Positions 34,469 through 48,619 of a stretch of DNA of 64,000 nucleotides are shown in pieces (the stretch's first letter is position 1; each line of letters begins with the position of its first letter). The notes under the pieces are model-generated. The model ran no database searches. It was not told the origin of the DNA and saw nothing but the letters and a program-made list of their open reading frames with translations. This stretch comes from Lepidodermella squamata (Eukaryota; Animalia; Gastrotricha). A program made the position numbers and the translations under genes. Location of the stretch: assembly GCA_047495785.1 (NCBI GenBank), contig JBLDXI010000024.1, positions 3,100,001 through 3,164,000 of the forward strand, given 5' to 3'.

Positions 34469-36646
34469 ATGATACGAAATTTTATATTTTTCGCATTTTT
34501 TTCCACCCTCGAGGCGGGCTTCGCTGGAGGCTTCTTTCAGGTTGACAGGCCGCGGTTAGGATCATCAGGCGGGCGGCTTCATGAATATCTCACCAAGGAC
34601 TACAACCGTTACGCTCTACCGGTTGAGAGTACGGAAAATAATGTCGATATTCGATTGCTGCTCAAATTGGTCCAACTTACCGACATCGTAATTTGAGATT
34701 GTTTCGAAATTATGAAATTTTCGAAAATTTTTATCAGGATGAGAAAAATCAAATTATGACTACAACAGTTTGGATCCGTCACGAATGGATGGATTCGTGT
34801 TTAGTATGGGAAAAGCGCGAGTTTGGAAATGTTACTGAAATTCAAATGGTAAATTTTCCGAAATTTTTCAAAAATTATTCTCATTTTATTCCAGCCTGCG
34901 GACGATATTTGGCTGCCTGATACGGTATGGTTTGAGCCATTTGATCAAGTTTAAAAAATTTCCAAATTTTTTGAAGGTGTTGTACAATAATGCGGATGGT
35001 GACTATCAAATAATGATCAGGACTAAGGTTACGATTCAATCTGACGGGAGAATCATTTGGATGCCACCTGCTACTTACAAGTCATTTTGCGGCATAGATG
35101 TGACCTACTTTCGTGAGTCATTTCCAGCAGCTAATAAAGTTTTTATTGAAACACCAATTTCTTTTAATTTCAGCATTCGATGAGGTATGAACTGATTTTT
35201 CCCAATTTTATTGAATTCCTAACAATTTTATATATTTTCAGCAAATTTGCGAGCTAAAATTTGGACCTTGGTGTAAGTTTATAATTAACTGATTAATTTG
35301 AATAATAAATTTTCCTCCATGTTCAGCCTATGATATTTCGAAAGTGGACTATTGGCTGTTTGATGCGCATGACGAAAATCACAGTTTGACCAATTTTCTG
35401 ACCCACGCCGCCGATATGGCCGAGTACTCCGAGTCCGTAGAATGGGACATTCTCCAGGTCACCGGAAAGCGCACTGTCTTCAAATACCCATGCTGTCCCG
35501 AGGAATACGTAAATTAATTGAAAAATTACAATTTGAAATTGAATTTATAGGAAAATCAAATATTTTAAGGAGGATTTTTTTAATTATTTTCTATCAATTT
35601 ATTTTTTATTTTCTCAGGTCGATGTTACTTACCGAATCCATATTCGGCGGAAAACCCTGTTTTACACCATCAATCTCATAATGCCGTAATAAAAAAAAAA
35701 CGATGACCTAATTACGCGCCATTAAACTGACCTATTATTTCAGGTGCGTCGCAATTTCACTGTTGACGCTATTCGTATTCTACCTGCCTTCGGAAAGTGG
35801 CGAAAAAATCTCGCTATCAATCAGCATTCTTGTATCACTGACTGTCTTCATCCTCCTGCTTTACGACATCATTCCACCCAACTCGCAGGCTGTACCTCTA
35901 ATTAGCAAGTAAGTTGAAATCAGCATTCATCTTTCAGCTAAGAAATTAAGTCTCTGCTCCATTATAGGTACTTGTTATTCACTATGTGCTTGGTGTCTAT
36001 GTCGATTGTCGTCACTATTCTTATACTTCACATTCATTTCCGCCACGCCAGAGTGTCCCAGATGCCGATTTTAGTTCGAGCGATTTTTCTAGACATTTTA
36101 CCGAAATTCCTATTCTACCGAAGCCCGCTGGAAAAGTGGTACAGAGACCGGAAACGCGTGATTGACGCAACGATAGGGTCTTCGATAAATCAAAATACCG
36201 AGGAAGTTTACGCGACTATTCAACGCGAAAGGACGCCCGAGCTGATCTACCAAGTCCCATTTGGCACGACTCGAAATTTGGCGAATGAGGGCAATTACTA
36301 CGAAAATTACCAAAGGACGCCCCATATTATCAAAACTAACCTAAGCCGCGAGCAGGCTACGTGTTACGAAAACGTAATTTTCGTCGCCAAGTCATTCATC
36401 GAGGGGGACTTTGCGGATATGTTGGATTTTCCGGTTATTCGCCGGGCCATGTCGGATGTTCAGTATATCGCCCAGAGGTATTTAAGGCAGACTGAGGACA
36501 TCAAACGGCGGGCTGATTGGGAGGCGGTCGGGCGGACCCTAGACCGCATGTTTTTGATCTGTTTCACGACTGGTGTTGTGGTCGGCTCGCTTACTATCCT
36601 GTTATCGGCTCCAGCTCTTTACGACATAACTGAACCGATTGGATAA
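34469..36646 (+). CDS. Nicotinic acetylcholine receptor alpha-type subunit, paralog 5
   Basis: Microexon 35174-35184. [42 protein letters not shown], ends [12 protein letters not shown]. Confidence 0.95.
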
Positions 36647-36837
36647 TTATTATGAATAATATTTTCAACCCTTGATATTGGATTCCTGAATCCTAATCCT
36701 GAATAAAATCATTTTTTTACTTTGTCTTGAATTTTTGAGATGAACAAGGATTTTGAAGCGAGATGTCCAATGTTCCGAGGACCACATTTGAAAAATGTTG
36801 TGGATTTATGAGATTATTGTGTTGATTTTCCCTACTA

Positions 36838-37197
36838 GAGCGTGTCCCAGAAGTTGCGCAACCATTTTATAATTGGGCAACTTTTTTTTTAATTAAATTC
36901 ATTTTTTCTAATTAAACCTACCGAAAGAATATTCCATATTTCATCCGCGATTTAACCAAAGAAATTGCAAATTTACCGAAGAAAGCCCGAAAAACTCCGA
37001 TGGTAACTGGTTCGGTAATTTTCGGTATTTTACCCGGTTGGACCAAATTTCTCCGGACTTTTTAATCCCATTAACAAGTGACATTATTTTCGGGATTATT
37101 TCTAATTTTTCTAAAACTTTTCTGCCCGCATGAGACTCAGAGTTTTTGAACAATTTTCCGTGTATTGCCTTGATTTGCGTTACTTAGGGACACTCTG
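36838..37197. mobile_element. Putative Tc1/mariner-type MITE (TA-flanked)
   Basis: TA|GAGCGTGTCCCAGAAGTTGCGCAA ... TTGCGTTACTTAGGGACACTCTG|TA form imperfect TIRs. An internal ~55 bp (TGGTTCGGTAATTTTCGGTATTTTACCCGGTTG) also occurs at ~11177-11227. Confidence 0.5.
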
Positions 37198-38285
37198 TAT
37201 AGGGCTGAAAAGGCTTTGATATATTGCGTAAATCACATGATAGATAAAATGGTATATTGCGATTGTACCGGATACGATTGAAATGATGAGTAATGATGAG
37301 TTCCCTCGTAGGCCTAATAATGATAATTTTCAAAGCGCCGTGTTATTTACTTTGGTGACCTATAATTTCGGATATTTGGATAATGGCCCTAAGTGGAGAA
37401 TTTAACGTGATTTGATCGATTCAGAGTTGTTTTCGCTTCTGCAATCGCAGCGCATTTCAATTACTTTAAATTATATATATTTTTTGCCTTTATCTTCCTT
37501 AATATTCCCTTCCGATTTCTTGAGAGCCTAAATGCCGGAAATACTAGGATTGATCCCAGCCGAATCGATAACGAAGTCTTTATTGTTTCAGCCGAAATTT
37601 GCATAGCTTTTGTTTCTCATTTCTTTCAATCTCAGATAGGAAAATCTCCTAAACAAGTTGTTGATATATTTATGGATATGATGAGTAACGCTCTGTTATT
37701 CATACAATGTAACAGATATAACCGTTGATACGCTAGAAGAAATAACACTGTATAAAGTATATTCGATTTCGCTCATCGCGCGCGATTCATCATCACGCCC
37801 GATTGGCTAAAAAATAAACGTGACCGCGGCGAAAATGAAGCGCGCGCGCGCGTGCGCGCATTGCTCATTATAATATTCCAAACAAACCGCGACTCATCAT
37901 TACACGCGCTACTTCACAAAAAATAAACAACAACACGGCATAAGGTATAGCATTTAACTATTTCTTCATCGTATTTTCATCGCAACATGGCGCGCTTTAT
38001 TTATTTTCATTCACGCTGCTTAGGTTGCTGAGAGATTATCAGCGTTACTAGCAGTTTTCATCGCTCGCCTTTAACTGAGTTATTTTTTCATCAAAATAAT
38101 CGCGCACTGAATGCTTCAAGTGATAAGCCAATTGAGGCATCAATGCCAGGCCGACTGGACGTGACGAAATGCCCTCGAAAAGAAGAACCAGCACGCTAAC
38201 TCTCATCAATCAGTGCGAATAAAATTGGTGCAATAATATTTCTTTCATTTCCTTAATATAAATATTTTTTTTTAAAATTTTTAGG

Positions 38286-40777
38286 ATGGCGGAAAAATTT
38301 ATCAATTATTTTTTATTTCCGATAATTATTTTATACTGGGTCGTAATTGTCGAGCCTTCGAGCATTAATTGGGCGCCGCCTAGCAATCGAAATTTAACGA
38401 AACGCCACGCTATAGCCGGCACCCAACTGCATAGGGAAGTTGTTAGCAAGTACAACAAGTACATTTTGCCTGTTGCTGAGAGTGACCACAATGTCACTAT
38501 TCGATTACTCCTTAAACTCATCCAACTCACTGATATCGTATTTTTTGAATTTTTCCGAATTTCTTGAAATTAATTGATTTTGATTTTAGGATGAGAGGAA
38601 TCAAATCATGACTACAACGGTTTGGATCCAGCATGAGTGGCACGATGCTGGGCTGGTTTGGAACCCGAGGGAGTACAACAATATTACAAAAATGCAACTA
38701 CCATCGGACGATGTCTGGCTGCCAGATACGGTAAATATAAATTTGAAAAATTATGAAATTACTGAAAATCGAAATTTTAAAGGTTTTATATAATAATGCG
38801 GATGGGGATTATCAAATCACGACGAAAACGAAAGTTACGGTTTTTCATACCGGCCGGTTGATATGGAACCCGCCGGCTATTTACAAGTCATTCTGCGCTA
38901 TTAATGTCGAATTTTTCCGTGAGTCACTCGCTTTTTTCTAATAATTTTCAAAAATTCGATTTTTTTTGGCACAGCTTTCGACGAGGTAAGGAAAAATACT
39001 TGAAGGAGGATTTTTTATTTTCTTTTACATTTTTCCCTCAGCAAATTTGCGATTTAAAATTCGGACCTTGGTGTAAGTTGATCGATTTTTGCGTAAATTT
39101 GAAGACTTAACCGTTTGATTTTAGCCTATGATACTTCGAAGGTCGACTTTTGGATCTACGACTTTAAGGACTCGGGCAAAAACTTGACCAGTTATTTGCC
39201 AATAGCTGCCAATATGGAGGAGTACATACCCTCGGTTGAGTGGGACATTTTACGGGTGACTGCAACTCGAACGGATTTCAAGTATCCGTGTTGCGATGAA
39301 TCATACGTAATTTTACTCTATTTTGTGGGTTAATTTTATTTGAACTAAAATCTATTGAATTTCCTAGGTTGACATAACCTACCGAATTTACATAAGACGA
39401 AAGACGCTATACTACACCATAACACTGATTATCCCGTAAGTCTACGTGACTTTCGGTTAAACTATCATTTTTGTGTTCGATATTTAGGTGTGTATTGATC
39501 TCTTTCTTGACCGTTTTCGTCTTTTACCTACCATCAGACAGCGGAGAAAAAATTACGTTATCAATCAGTATCCTCGTCTCGCTTACTGTGTTCATTCTTA
39601 TGCTGTACGAGATCATTCCGCCAACATCGCTACACGTCCCACTTATGTCAAAGTAAGCCCTTAATTTCAGCTGATTTGCGCGCCCTTAGAGCCTGGAAAA
39701 GTCAATCCAACATGAGAAGGAATGGCATGCTGTCAAAGGGTTACTTTCGAATAACTTGTCGGTATTTATACTAAAATAGAGTTCAGACAATTCCCTATCG
39801 ATTGAATATGGGGTTAGTGCGAAAGAAATGAATGGGGGAAAATGTAAGCTCACCAAGTGTGTGAGTCGTTTGTGTGCGAGAGCTTCCCACTCGCGCAAAG
39901 TTATGCGGGCTCCTAAGAATTTCCTCAATAATTACTGTTTTCGAGAAAACCTGGTTTCACTCGCCGGAGAGTTGTCTAAATTTCATTTTGATACAAAAAC
40001 CGCCATATTATTTGAAAGTTGCCCTTTGACATCACCGCGTTCAGTCCAGCTTTCTTCTTTCGAGTTTTGGCTTGGCGCAATGTTGGCTATTTCGGAATTT
40101 GGCTCTCTATTATTGTAGAGTTCCTTACAAATTAGTCTTTTCCCGATTTCAGATATCTTCTGTTCACAACGGTTCTTGTAACAGTATCTATCATACTCAG
40201 CATTATGATCTTGACGTTCCACTTTCGTCACGCTCACGCCTTCGACATGCCTCGCTGGATTCGCGTTGTCTTCCTGAAATATCTACCGAAAATTCTCTTC
40301 TACGAAAGCCCACTCGAGCAATGGTACGCTGAGAATTGTAAGATCCTAAACCAATCGCCATTCGACTACGACGAACCGGATTCGTTATCCCGTGGCAGTT
40401 ACGGAAGTGCCAACGGGGAAACTTACGACCGCAAATCCCGCCTACGGCAACCGCCCTGGCTGCGAAAAATGCCGTCGCATTTCGAAATATCGAGCTATGA
40501 AAACGTAGCCTGCATGACGCAGTCGCAGATTGAAAGCGAGTTCTCCGAGCTGGTCGACTACGGCGATGTGAAACGAGCGTTGCGGGATGTTCACTTCATA
40601 TCGAACAAATTTCGCGATGACAACGATGAGAATAAGAAGAAGGCCGATTGGGAGGCTGTTGCGCGGGTCCTCGACCGGCTTTTCTTGTTCTTGTTCGGTG
40701 CTGCTGTAGTCATTGGAACGCTGGCGATATTTGGATCGGCACCAGCTCTGTATGACTCGACCCCGCCGATAGGTTGA
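38286..40777 (+). CDS. Nicotinic acetylcholine receptor alpha-type subunit, paralog 6 (closest to paralog 1)
   Basis: Microexon 38975-38985. [36 protein letters not shown]. Shares [10 protein letters not shown] and HAFDMP with paralog 1. Confidence 0.95.
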
Positions 40778-42428
40778 AGATCTAAAATTGATTATCAACT
40801 TTTGAGATGAAATGGAATCCGTCTAAGTTTTCAGTCTTTTTTTCTGTTTCTTTTAATTTTTCAATTTGACAGTATTGGCCAGAAAATATAAACATATTTT
40901 CTATAATTCAAACGGAAAAATAAAACTGTTTTTAGAGTTACTGAGCTCATTCTTTATTCTTGTTCAAAATCGGCTGAGAAAACTGGGATTGTTTACGCTG
41001 TCGCTCGCCCATCGTTCTTCACATAGACAATACTGTAACGTTGTTCATTTTTCGGCACAAACAGAATTGAGCAAAACTCAGGTTGTCCAAGTCATCGTTA
41101 AATGGATCGAAACTAACGCTAACAGAGCCGAGACAATCGAAGATATCGGATCAGAAGAAAAGTAGCCGAATCCAGAGATTAATAAGAAGAAGCTTTTTAG
41201 CAGATAACCAATCCTTGACTGCTCGTTTAATGAGCTCAGCTTTCAGCTTTTGAGGCTGTCGAAGTTGAGCGAGTGAAATCTTCTTTCGTTATGGATGTAA
41301 CGGATTTCCGGGTTTTCAAAACATAAGTTGGGGATGATTGATGATTGGATTAAATGGATCAAGTTGAGCAAAGTTGAATGCCGGACTCTGATGACAGACT
41401 ATTCTGCCTGGGTTGTACGGCTCAGGGGTGTGGCGCCATCCGAGCAGACGACTAATCAACATGTGAATAAACGCGGGACAACTACGATTCGTCAATAAAA
41501 TTAATGATACTCATAATGGCATCCATTTCAAGTGAGTTCATGCCAATCATTTGTTACGCAACTATCTGTCTGGCAAGTCTGGCATGTCTGGCAAGTAATG
41601 TTTCTTGTTTGCTTGGAAACCCTTTTAATTTGCCCTAAGACAAGGCTGGTTTAAACCCGTTTACTAAATGTTCCCTAATTTGTAGGGGACCCCGGAATTT
41701 AGGTACTTGCCCCAGGTGGTCGCCGATGATTCTACCAAATTGAATTCAATAATGCAGAAATTCCTTTATATTCCAGCACTAATCCAGATATTTTTCTAGC
41801 ACTGCCCATCGTTTTTTAGCTCTATTTAGCTCTATCCAGCAACAGTGCTGGAAGACATGGGTATTTCAAGATTAAACCGTCAGCCCGAAGAAATTGGTGT
41901 ACTTCGGCATGAAACCCAGCGGTCAGAATCTGCTTTTTGCGGCAATTAAATTAGACGCACACATCAGCACGATGTCTATTTTTATATCTGAAATTATTTA
42001 TTCTCATTCCAATTTTTTCAGGTAAATATTTTCCGGTATACATTACGGCGCGCCTCTATTGCGTGATAAGATCGCCTTCAGAGCTCATCAAATAGTTTAC
42101 AACGCGCGGTAAGCGCTCTACAAAAATGATATTATTGCGCGCAATAAATTCGTGCGATTTGTTGATAAGACTTTTCTAAACAAGCAAAAGTTACTCTAGC
42201 GCCAAGATCCCACGTGCGCCTCACTCATCCAACTAATCGCAAAGAGTTATATTATAGAATAGCGCTTTTTTATTCACAACGGCTCGTTTCGCGCGAAAAG
42301 TATCACCATGAATTGACTTGCATTTTAGCACCTCAAAACATCGCTTAATCGTCCTGGCTATTCATAGCTCCATCAATTAAAACTCCCATTTGAAACCTTC
42401 TTAGATGTAAATAATTTGGAAGGGGAAA

Positions 42429-44522
42429 ATGTTGACGTTTCTCCCATTAAAATCAGCGATTTTCGCTTTGTTATTGCTTCCGATAACTGCTATGGACCTG
42501 CTGAGCTCAAAATTAAAGGATCAGAGCAAAATGGCAGCAGCTGGCGACCGTCTCCATCGAAATCTTCGAAAAGGCTACAACAAATACGTACTGCCAGTCG
42601 CTGAAAATGACCAAAATGTTGATGTCAGGCTACTGCTAAAAATCGTACAACTCACTGATATTGTAAGCATTTAAATCAATTCATATGGATTTTTAAAATT
42701 TGATGTGGTTGAAAAGGACGAGAGGAACCAGATAATGACAACGACTGTATGGGTTCGTCACGAATGGATGGATTCGAATATGACGTGGCATCCAGAGGAC
42801 TACAACAATATCATGCAGTTGCAACTGGTGAGTTACCGATAAAGTTTTGTCAGCAATCATCTGTCAGCTTTTTTCATAGCCTGCTGATGAAATTTGGCTC
42901 CCTGATACTGTAAGTTTTCCCGCCCATGGAATCTAAAGTACCATTGATTTATGCTTAAGGTGCTGTACAACAATGCGGACGGAGACTATCAAATCATGAC
43001 GCCAGGTAAGGTGACTGTCTACTACAATGGGCGAGTCGTTTGGATGCCTCCGGCCATTTACAAATCCTTTTGCGCAATCAACACAACTTACTTTCGTAAG
43101 CTCAATCGTGAACTTCAAATAATTAATTTATCCCATTTTTTCTTTAGCGTTTGACGAGGTTAGCAATAAATTTTTACTCAAAGACAGAGGCTCAACTTTT
43201 CCCTTGCAGCAAGAATGCGAGTTGAAATTTGGACCTTGGTGTAAGATTTTCTATCTAGATCAATGCCCTCATCACCAATTTCTAAATATTTAGCTTACGA
43301 TATTTCCAAGGTCGATTTGTGGCTGTACGACATTAGCGATGATAACCACAACATGACCAACTTTCTATCCCAAGCAGCTGACATGACCGGTTACTCGGAA
43401 TCAGTCGAGTGGAACATTCTGCAAGTCACTGGGAAACGAACTGTTTGGAAGTACCCGTGTTGTCCCGAAGAATACGTAAATTTATTCAATTTCCCCTTTT
43501 TTCCTGCAGTAACTGATTTTTTAAGGTTGACGTCACTTATCGGATCCACATTCGTCGAAAAACGCTGTTTTACACCATCAATCTCATTGTGCCGTGAGTT
43601 ATTGATAAATTATTGCGATTTTCCAAGAATTTGCTGTATAGGTGTGTTTCGATATCGTTCTTGACCGTATTCGTCTTTTACCTGCCATCGGAGAGCGGGG
43701 AGAAAATCACTCTTTCAATCAGTATCCTCGTCTCACTGACTATCTTCATCCTGCTGCTGTATGAGATCATCCCACCAACTTCGCTCGACTTCCCTCTGAT
43801 GAGCAAGTATGTTTTGAATTTGCTAGACCTTTGATGTCTTTACTTAGCTTTGCCCAAGGTATCTGCTGTTCACAATGATACTCGTAACATTGTCGATTAT
43901 CGTGACAATTCTGATATTGAACATGCATTTCCGCCACTCTCACGCCTACAACATGCCTTGCTGGGTGAAATGCGTCTTCCTTGATGTACTGCCCAAGCTT
44001 CTATTCTATGAAAGCCCGCTGCAAAAGTGGTACGAAGACCGAGAAAAATTGATCGAAGAAACGATTGGAAAAGCAGCGGCTGATGACTACATTCAGAAGC
44101 CGACTCAGCTGCCTATCTATCAAACACCCTACAACACCAATGGCAATCGAAGTGCGGCTAGGGAGGCGCATTACTACGAGAACTATGCGACATCACGGCC
44201 GAGTTGGCTGAGGAATATTGGCGATTTTGACCCGAATTGCTATGAAAATGTTGTCTTTGTCGCGAAAACCTTCGCTGAAAATGACATGACCAATCTGATG
44301 CAGTACGTCGAGGTTCGCCAGGCTATGAAGGATATCCAGTTCATTTCGGAGAAGTTCCGCGAAAATACCGAGGATATTAAGCAGAAGTCTGACTGGGAAG
44401 CTGTTGGTCGTGTTTTGGATCGGCTGTTTTTGTTCATCTTCGCAACTGCTGTACTCATTGGTACTGTTGTTATTCTGCTGTCTGCTCCAGCTTTGTACGA
44501 CTCGACTGAGCCAATCGGATGA
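42429..44522 (+). CDS. Nicotinic acetylcholine receptor alpha-type subunit, paralog 7 (closest to paralog 3)
   Basis: Microexon 43148-43158. [37 protein letters not shown] is shared with paralog 3. Confidence 0.95.
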
Positions 44523-45290
44523 CTGACTGTTGCAAGTCTCATGTGAAGTCTTAAAAATATAGCCGTAACTTCTAATATTTAACGTAATCTGTTACCTGAG
44601 TAGTGGGTTGTCAGTCTTGACCTGAGAAATAAAGTGTGTCTCACAAATAAAAGCACTGGTACTTTTGTGAACTGTTTTATTTTTAATTATTCTTGTCATA
44701 ACGTACCTAAGTACCAAAGATCGCATTGTGTAATGGCCCGATACGTTTCGCACGGGTACCAGTGATTTTCTGATTTTAATTCTAAAAGTAATCGCGTGAT
44801 GCTGAACTCAACTTGAACAGATTTTTTATTTCCGAAGTGTCTGAAATGTACAAAGGCTTATCTGAGAAAACTTATATCAACTTGTCCCAACATAGGAAAT
44901 AGAGTCAGCGACTAAGAATCTCATTTATTCCCAACCGAATCGCATTTCAAGTGGGTGGCAAGTGAATCGTTTCCGCTTTGATACTGGATGTTCGATTTGA
45001 ATAAGCTTTGAATAAGCTGTCAGGTTTTAAGCAAATAAGCGAAGCAAGGTAACACTGCTCAATCCCGCTCCTCTTAGCGACTTTGCCGGAAACACCGATA
45101 AAACAGGAAATGATAAGGGTTGTTGCTATCCATACAAAGACAATTAAAAAGGGAAGGAACTTGATCTCAAAGCTGAAATCCAACCTAATAATGCTATCCG
45201 GGCAGGGCGTTTTAAATATGCTCTGCTGATCTGCCCTTAGCGCCCAGACGGTCTTGACTTTCTCTCGATTTGCCAAACTTTTGGAACACT

Positions 45291-47666
45291 ATGCCGCTGC
45301 TTATTTTTCTGCTAGCCTTAGGCACTGCTACTTGTGAAAAGCAGTATAAATTGAGCATTCTTTCGCTCAATTTGTTCACTGGTTACGAACCTCGCAACAA
45401 CCAGCTATGCAAAGCTGCACAACAGATGGTTGTTGACGAGGTCAACAAGCGTAGCGATTTGCTTCCAGATTACCACGTCGAGCTTTGGTTCGAAGACGAA
45501 GGCGCTGGAAGTGCTCTGGCAGTTGCGAAAGCGATTCGCTTCACTAGAGCTATGAGTGAACAGAACGCAGTCTTTCAATCTCCGATAGCCATGGGTCCTC
45601 TTCTTACTCCGGGCTGTACGTCTTTGGGAAGAACATCCCCTTTTCTGAATACTGTTCTCATAACGAGTTCATGCACGATCCCGTCTCAAACGGCAAGGAG
45701 GAACTTGTATCCGACATTTTGGCGAACAAGAAGCCCAGCTGAGTTGCCGTTATATGCTCGTCTACATTTTCTGATGGCTAAAACAACAATAAGAAGGATA
45801 GGCGCCCTTGTGCCTACTAGTACGAATCCCTACAACATGGAAACCGCCACTATTTCGTATAATATAGCAGTTCAAGCTGGTTTCGATATTGTGACATTCG
45901 AGGCGAGCCATGATTTCAATGATGACGTCATGTCCCTACTAAAAGCTCATGATATTCGCATCTTTACATTTGACGCCGTTGATACTGATGCTGCGCTTCG
46001 TTTCCTATGCCAAGCGTACAAATTCGGCATGTATGGCCCTCGATACATGTTCATCTTCCAGCTGATCACCTACATAAACCCAATGAGTCTCAACGCTGTG
46101 ATTTATCCAGGCTGTCATTCAACAGTATGAGCAGTCGATATTCATTGGCTCGCCATTTGAAGGCTTGTATAAAGTCAAGGGTAAGACGTCTCTAGGTCAA
46201 ACACGAGAGGAGTTCGAAGCTGCTTTCGATGCGTACACGAACAAGACGCGGACGCCAGATTATGACTTCCGGCACATGTGCTACGACCGCGCTCTTCAGA
46301 CACTGATCACTCTAAATGCAACAGAAAACTTACTGGCAAGCCGGAACCTATCACTTAGGGAGTATGGAACCCATCCGCGACAGGTAAATATTGAGCCTAA
46401 GTGGTTTCAAGACCGAAGAGGGGGGAAGTACCAAACTTCGAAAGCCAACAGGAAGCTCTATTTTTGTCTTAGGGACCTTAGCTAATGGACTGTCATGTTT
46501 TTTCAGGTCATGCTGGCAGCCAATGAAAGTGCGTACAATATCGAATTTCGCAACCTCCGCCACGGCCGATTCCGCTATTCGGCTCGGGGTGAATTCGATT
46601 ACGAAGCCCAGCTTGTTGCTCGCTACTCTCGAAGCCGCGGCATCTACATCAGCCACAATGTTATCTGCCGCGAGAATGCTTCAGTCACAGATCTTAGCTC
46701 TTATCAAGATGTGAAAATTGATTTGACAGAGATAACATTCCCTCGAGATTCAGGCATATACATTGACTCGCTGCAGGATGTTTCCGTGGGCGTTTTTACA
46801 TTCTTCATAATGCTCTCCGGAGTTCTGACCTTGATGCAAATTGGTTTTGCCATTCACGCAATCTGCATGGATAAAAAGTCAAAAATAGAACTACCTGGTA
46901 TGAAATGTTAGGGCCAAACTTTGACAAAGTTTATCATAAAACTATTTTGACAGGCTTTGTAACAACAAAAGCTGCCATTATCGCAGGCTGTATTGCGATG
47001 AACCTAGCCGCGGCAACTTTATCATCTCCAACCCATCTACTGCGAAACTCAACATGCTCTTTCCAAATCTTAACAACCGGTTTTGGAGTGACTATCATCA
47101 ACTCCACTCTTGGCTGGCGGTTGTTCTATGCCCGGAAGGTGTGGATGTTTAACGAGAAAAAGACGAATACCGGTAACAAGTTTCTTTATCCTGCGATCAT
47201 CACTTTGCTTTTGACGATACTGATATTGGTCGGTTGGCTGATAGCTGACTCCCCATATGTCGCCAACTCTGACGTTCCGATCCTTATTCTTTACGACGAA
47301 GATTCAGATACATATTCCCGCGAATTCGGTGCATCATGCTGGAGCAAGAGCTTTCCAACCTGGTCCAGCGTTATTCTATCCATGAATTGCATACCTTTGA
47401 TAATTGGAATCTATGCCGCTCTCCAATTCAACGGCCGTATTCTTACTCTAGACATTAAATTGTTGCGCAGAAGTCTAATCTTTGGTTCTACTCTTTTCAT
47501 AGCAACCATAGCCATATGTTTTGTTTTGAAAACCAGCGTTGCTCGATCGCTGACTGCAGCAACGGCAATGTTGATTGAATCGGCTACGATATCTGGAATT
47601 TTCTTCTTCATTGCCATCAAGGCAAAGGTTCGAGGAGGCTTTCTTGCTCTCAGCCGACAAATTTAG
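45291..47666 (+). pseudogene. Class C GPCR, GABA-B-like, copy C; frameshifted by a 14-nt deletion
   Basis: Paralog of 49062. Introns 46384-46506 and 46898-46953. Only 10 nt lie between GGCTGT (46115) and TATGAG, versus 24 nt in copy D, giving a stop at 46130. Confidence 0.8.
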
Positions 47667-48171
47667 CCTGGACGGTTTCTAGACGTGACGCCGGTCCCTC
47701 CGAGACCAATCATGCTGAGCAGAACGTGTTCTGGTAGGCTTCAGGATTACAATTTGTAGAATCATCAAAGGAATGATTACTCATCACACCCATTAATCTA
47801 TTTGTAAAAAAAAACAGATTGAACATACCGGTAATAGTATAACCGGTCAAAATGAAATCTGAAATGCTGTTTGCAAAACGTGTCTCAATGCTAATATGGT
47901 ATCGCAAGAACCCGATTAATATTCACCCAAAGGGGCCCTTAAATTGGCAGTCAACGGTTCACGTTTATTACCGCACTTGGTTAAACATGAGAAAAATCAT
48001 ATCTGCTTTCCACCTTTTCTATGTCTGATTTCAGGACATATGCTAATATGCATTGATAGCGTTTTTCTGAGACTTCACAAATAAAATTCTAAAACAAACA
48101 ACGAAGTAGAAAAAACCGTAAAATTCCTGGTTTTGGTATCGATCAGAACAACGGATCAAAGAATAAAACTA

Positions 48172-48619
48172 CCGCATTTTACGAATTATTAGGCAGGACC
48201 CAAATATAGGGCAGAACCGGAATAAAGGGCAGAAGGTAATGGTCATTTGAAATAATAAAGGGCAGAACCGTATTAATAGGCAGGGCCTTGTATGAAGTGG
48301 CTTATACGAGCGCCTGCTGGGTAAGTGGTTAAAGTTGGATAGGTTGCGATTTTTCATCGGTAAGTGCAATAATAGTCTTTTATCCACCTTAATCCACTTG
48401 AGCAAACACTTCACGCGTGTAGTCACAGGTGGAAGGCAGTAGCTATAGTGGTTATTCGGCGGTTTTGACTGTTGATCTAGGTACTCTTCAGGTGACTGAT
48501 TAGGTTCGAAAAATTAAAGGGCATCAGATCCGAAATAAAGGGCAGACCCTAAATACAGGGCAGGACTTGAACCTCGTTTGAAAAAAACAGGGCAGGGTCT
48601 TTTAATTCGTAATATACGG
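48172..48619. mobile_element. Putative Tc2/pogo-like MITE with internal AATAAAGGGCAGA direct repeats
   Basis: TA|CCGCATTTTACGAATTA ... TAATTCGTAATATACGG form imperfect TIRs. Multiple (A/T)AGGGCAG(A/G) units near both ends. The right flank is AA, not TA. Confidence 0.6.
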
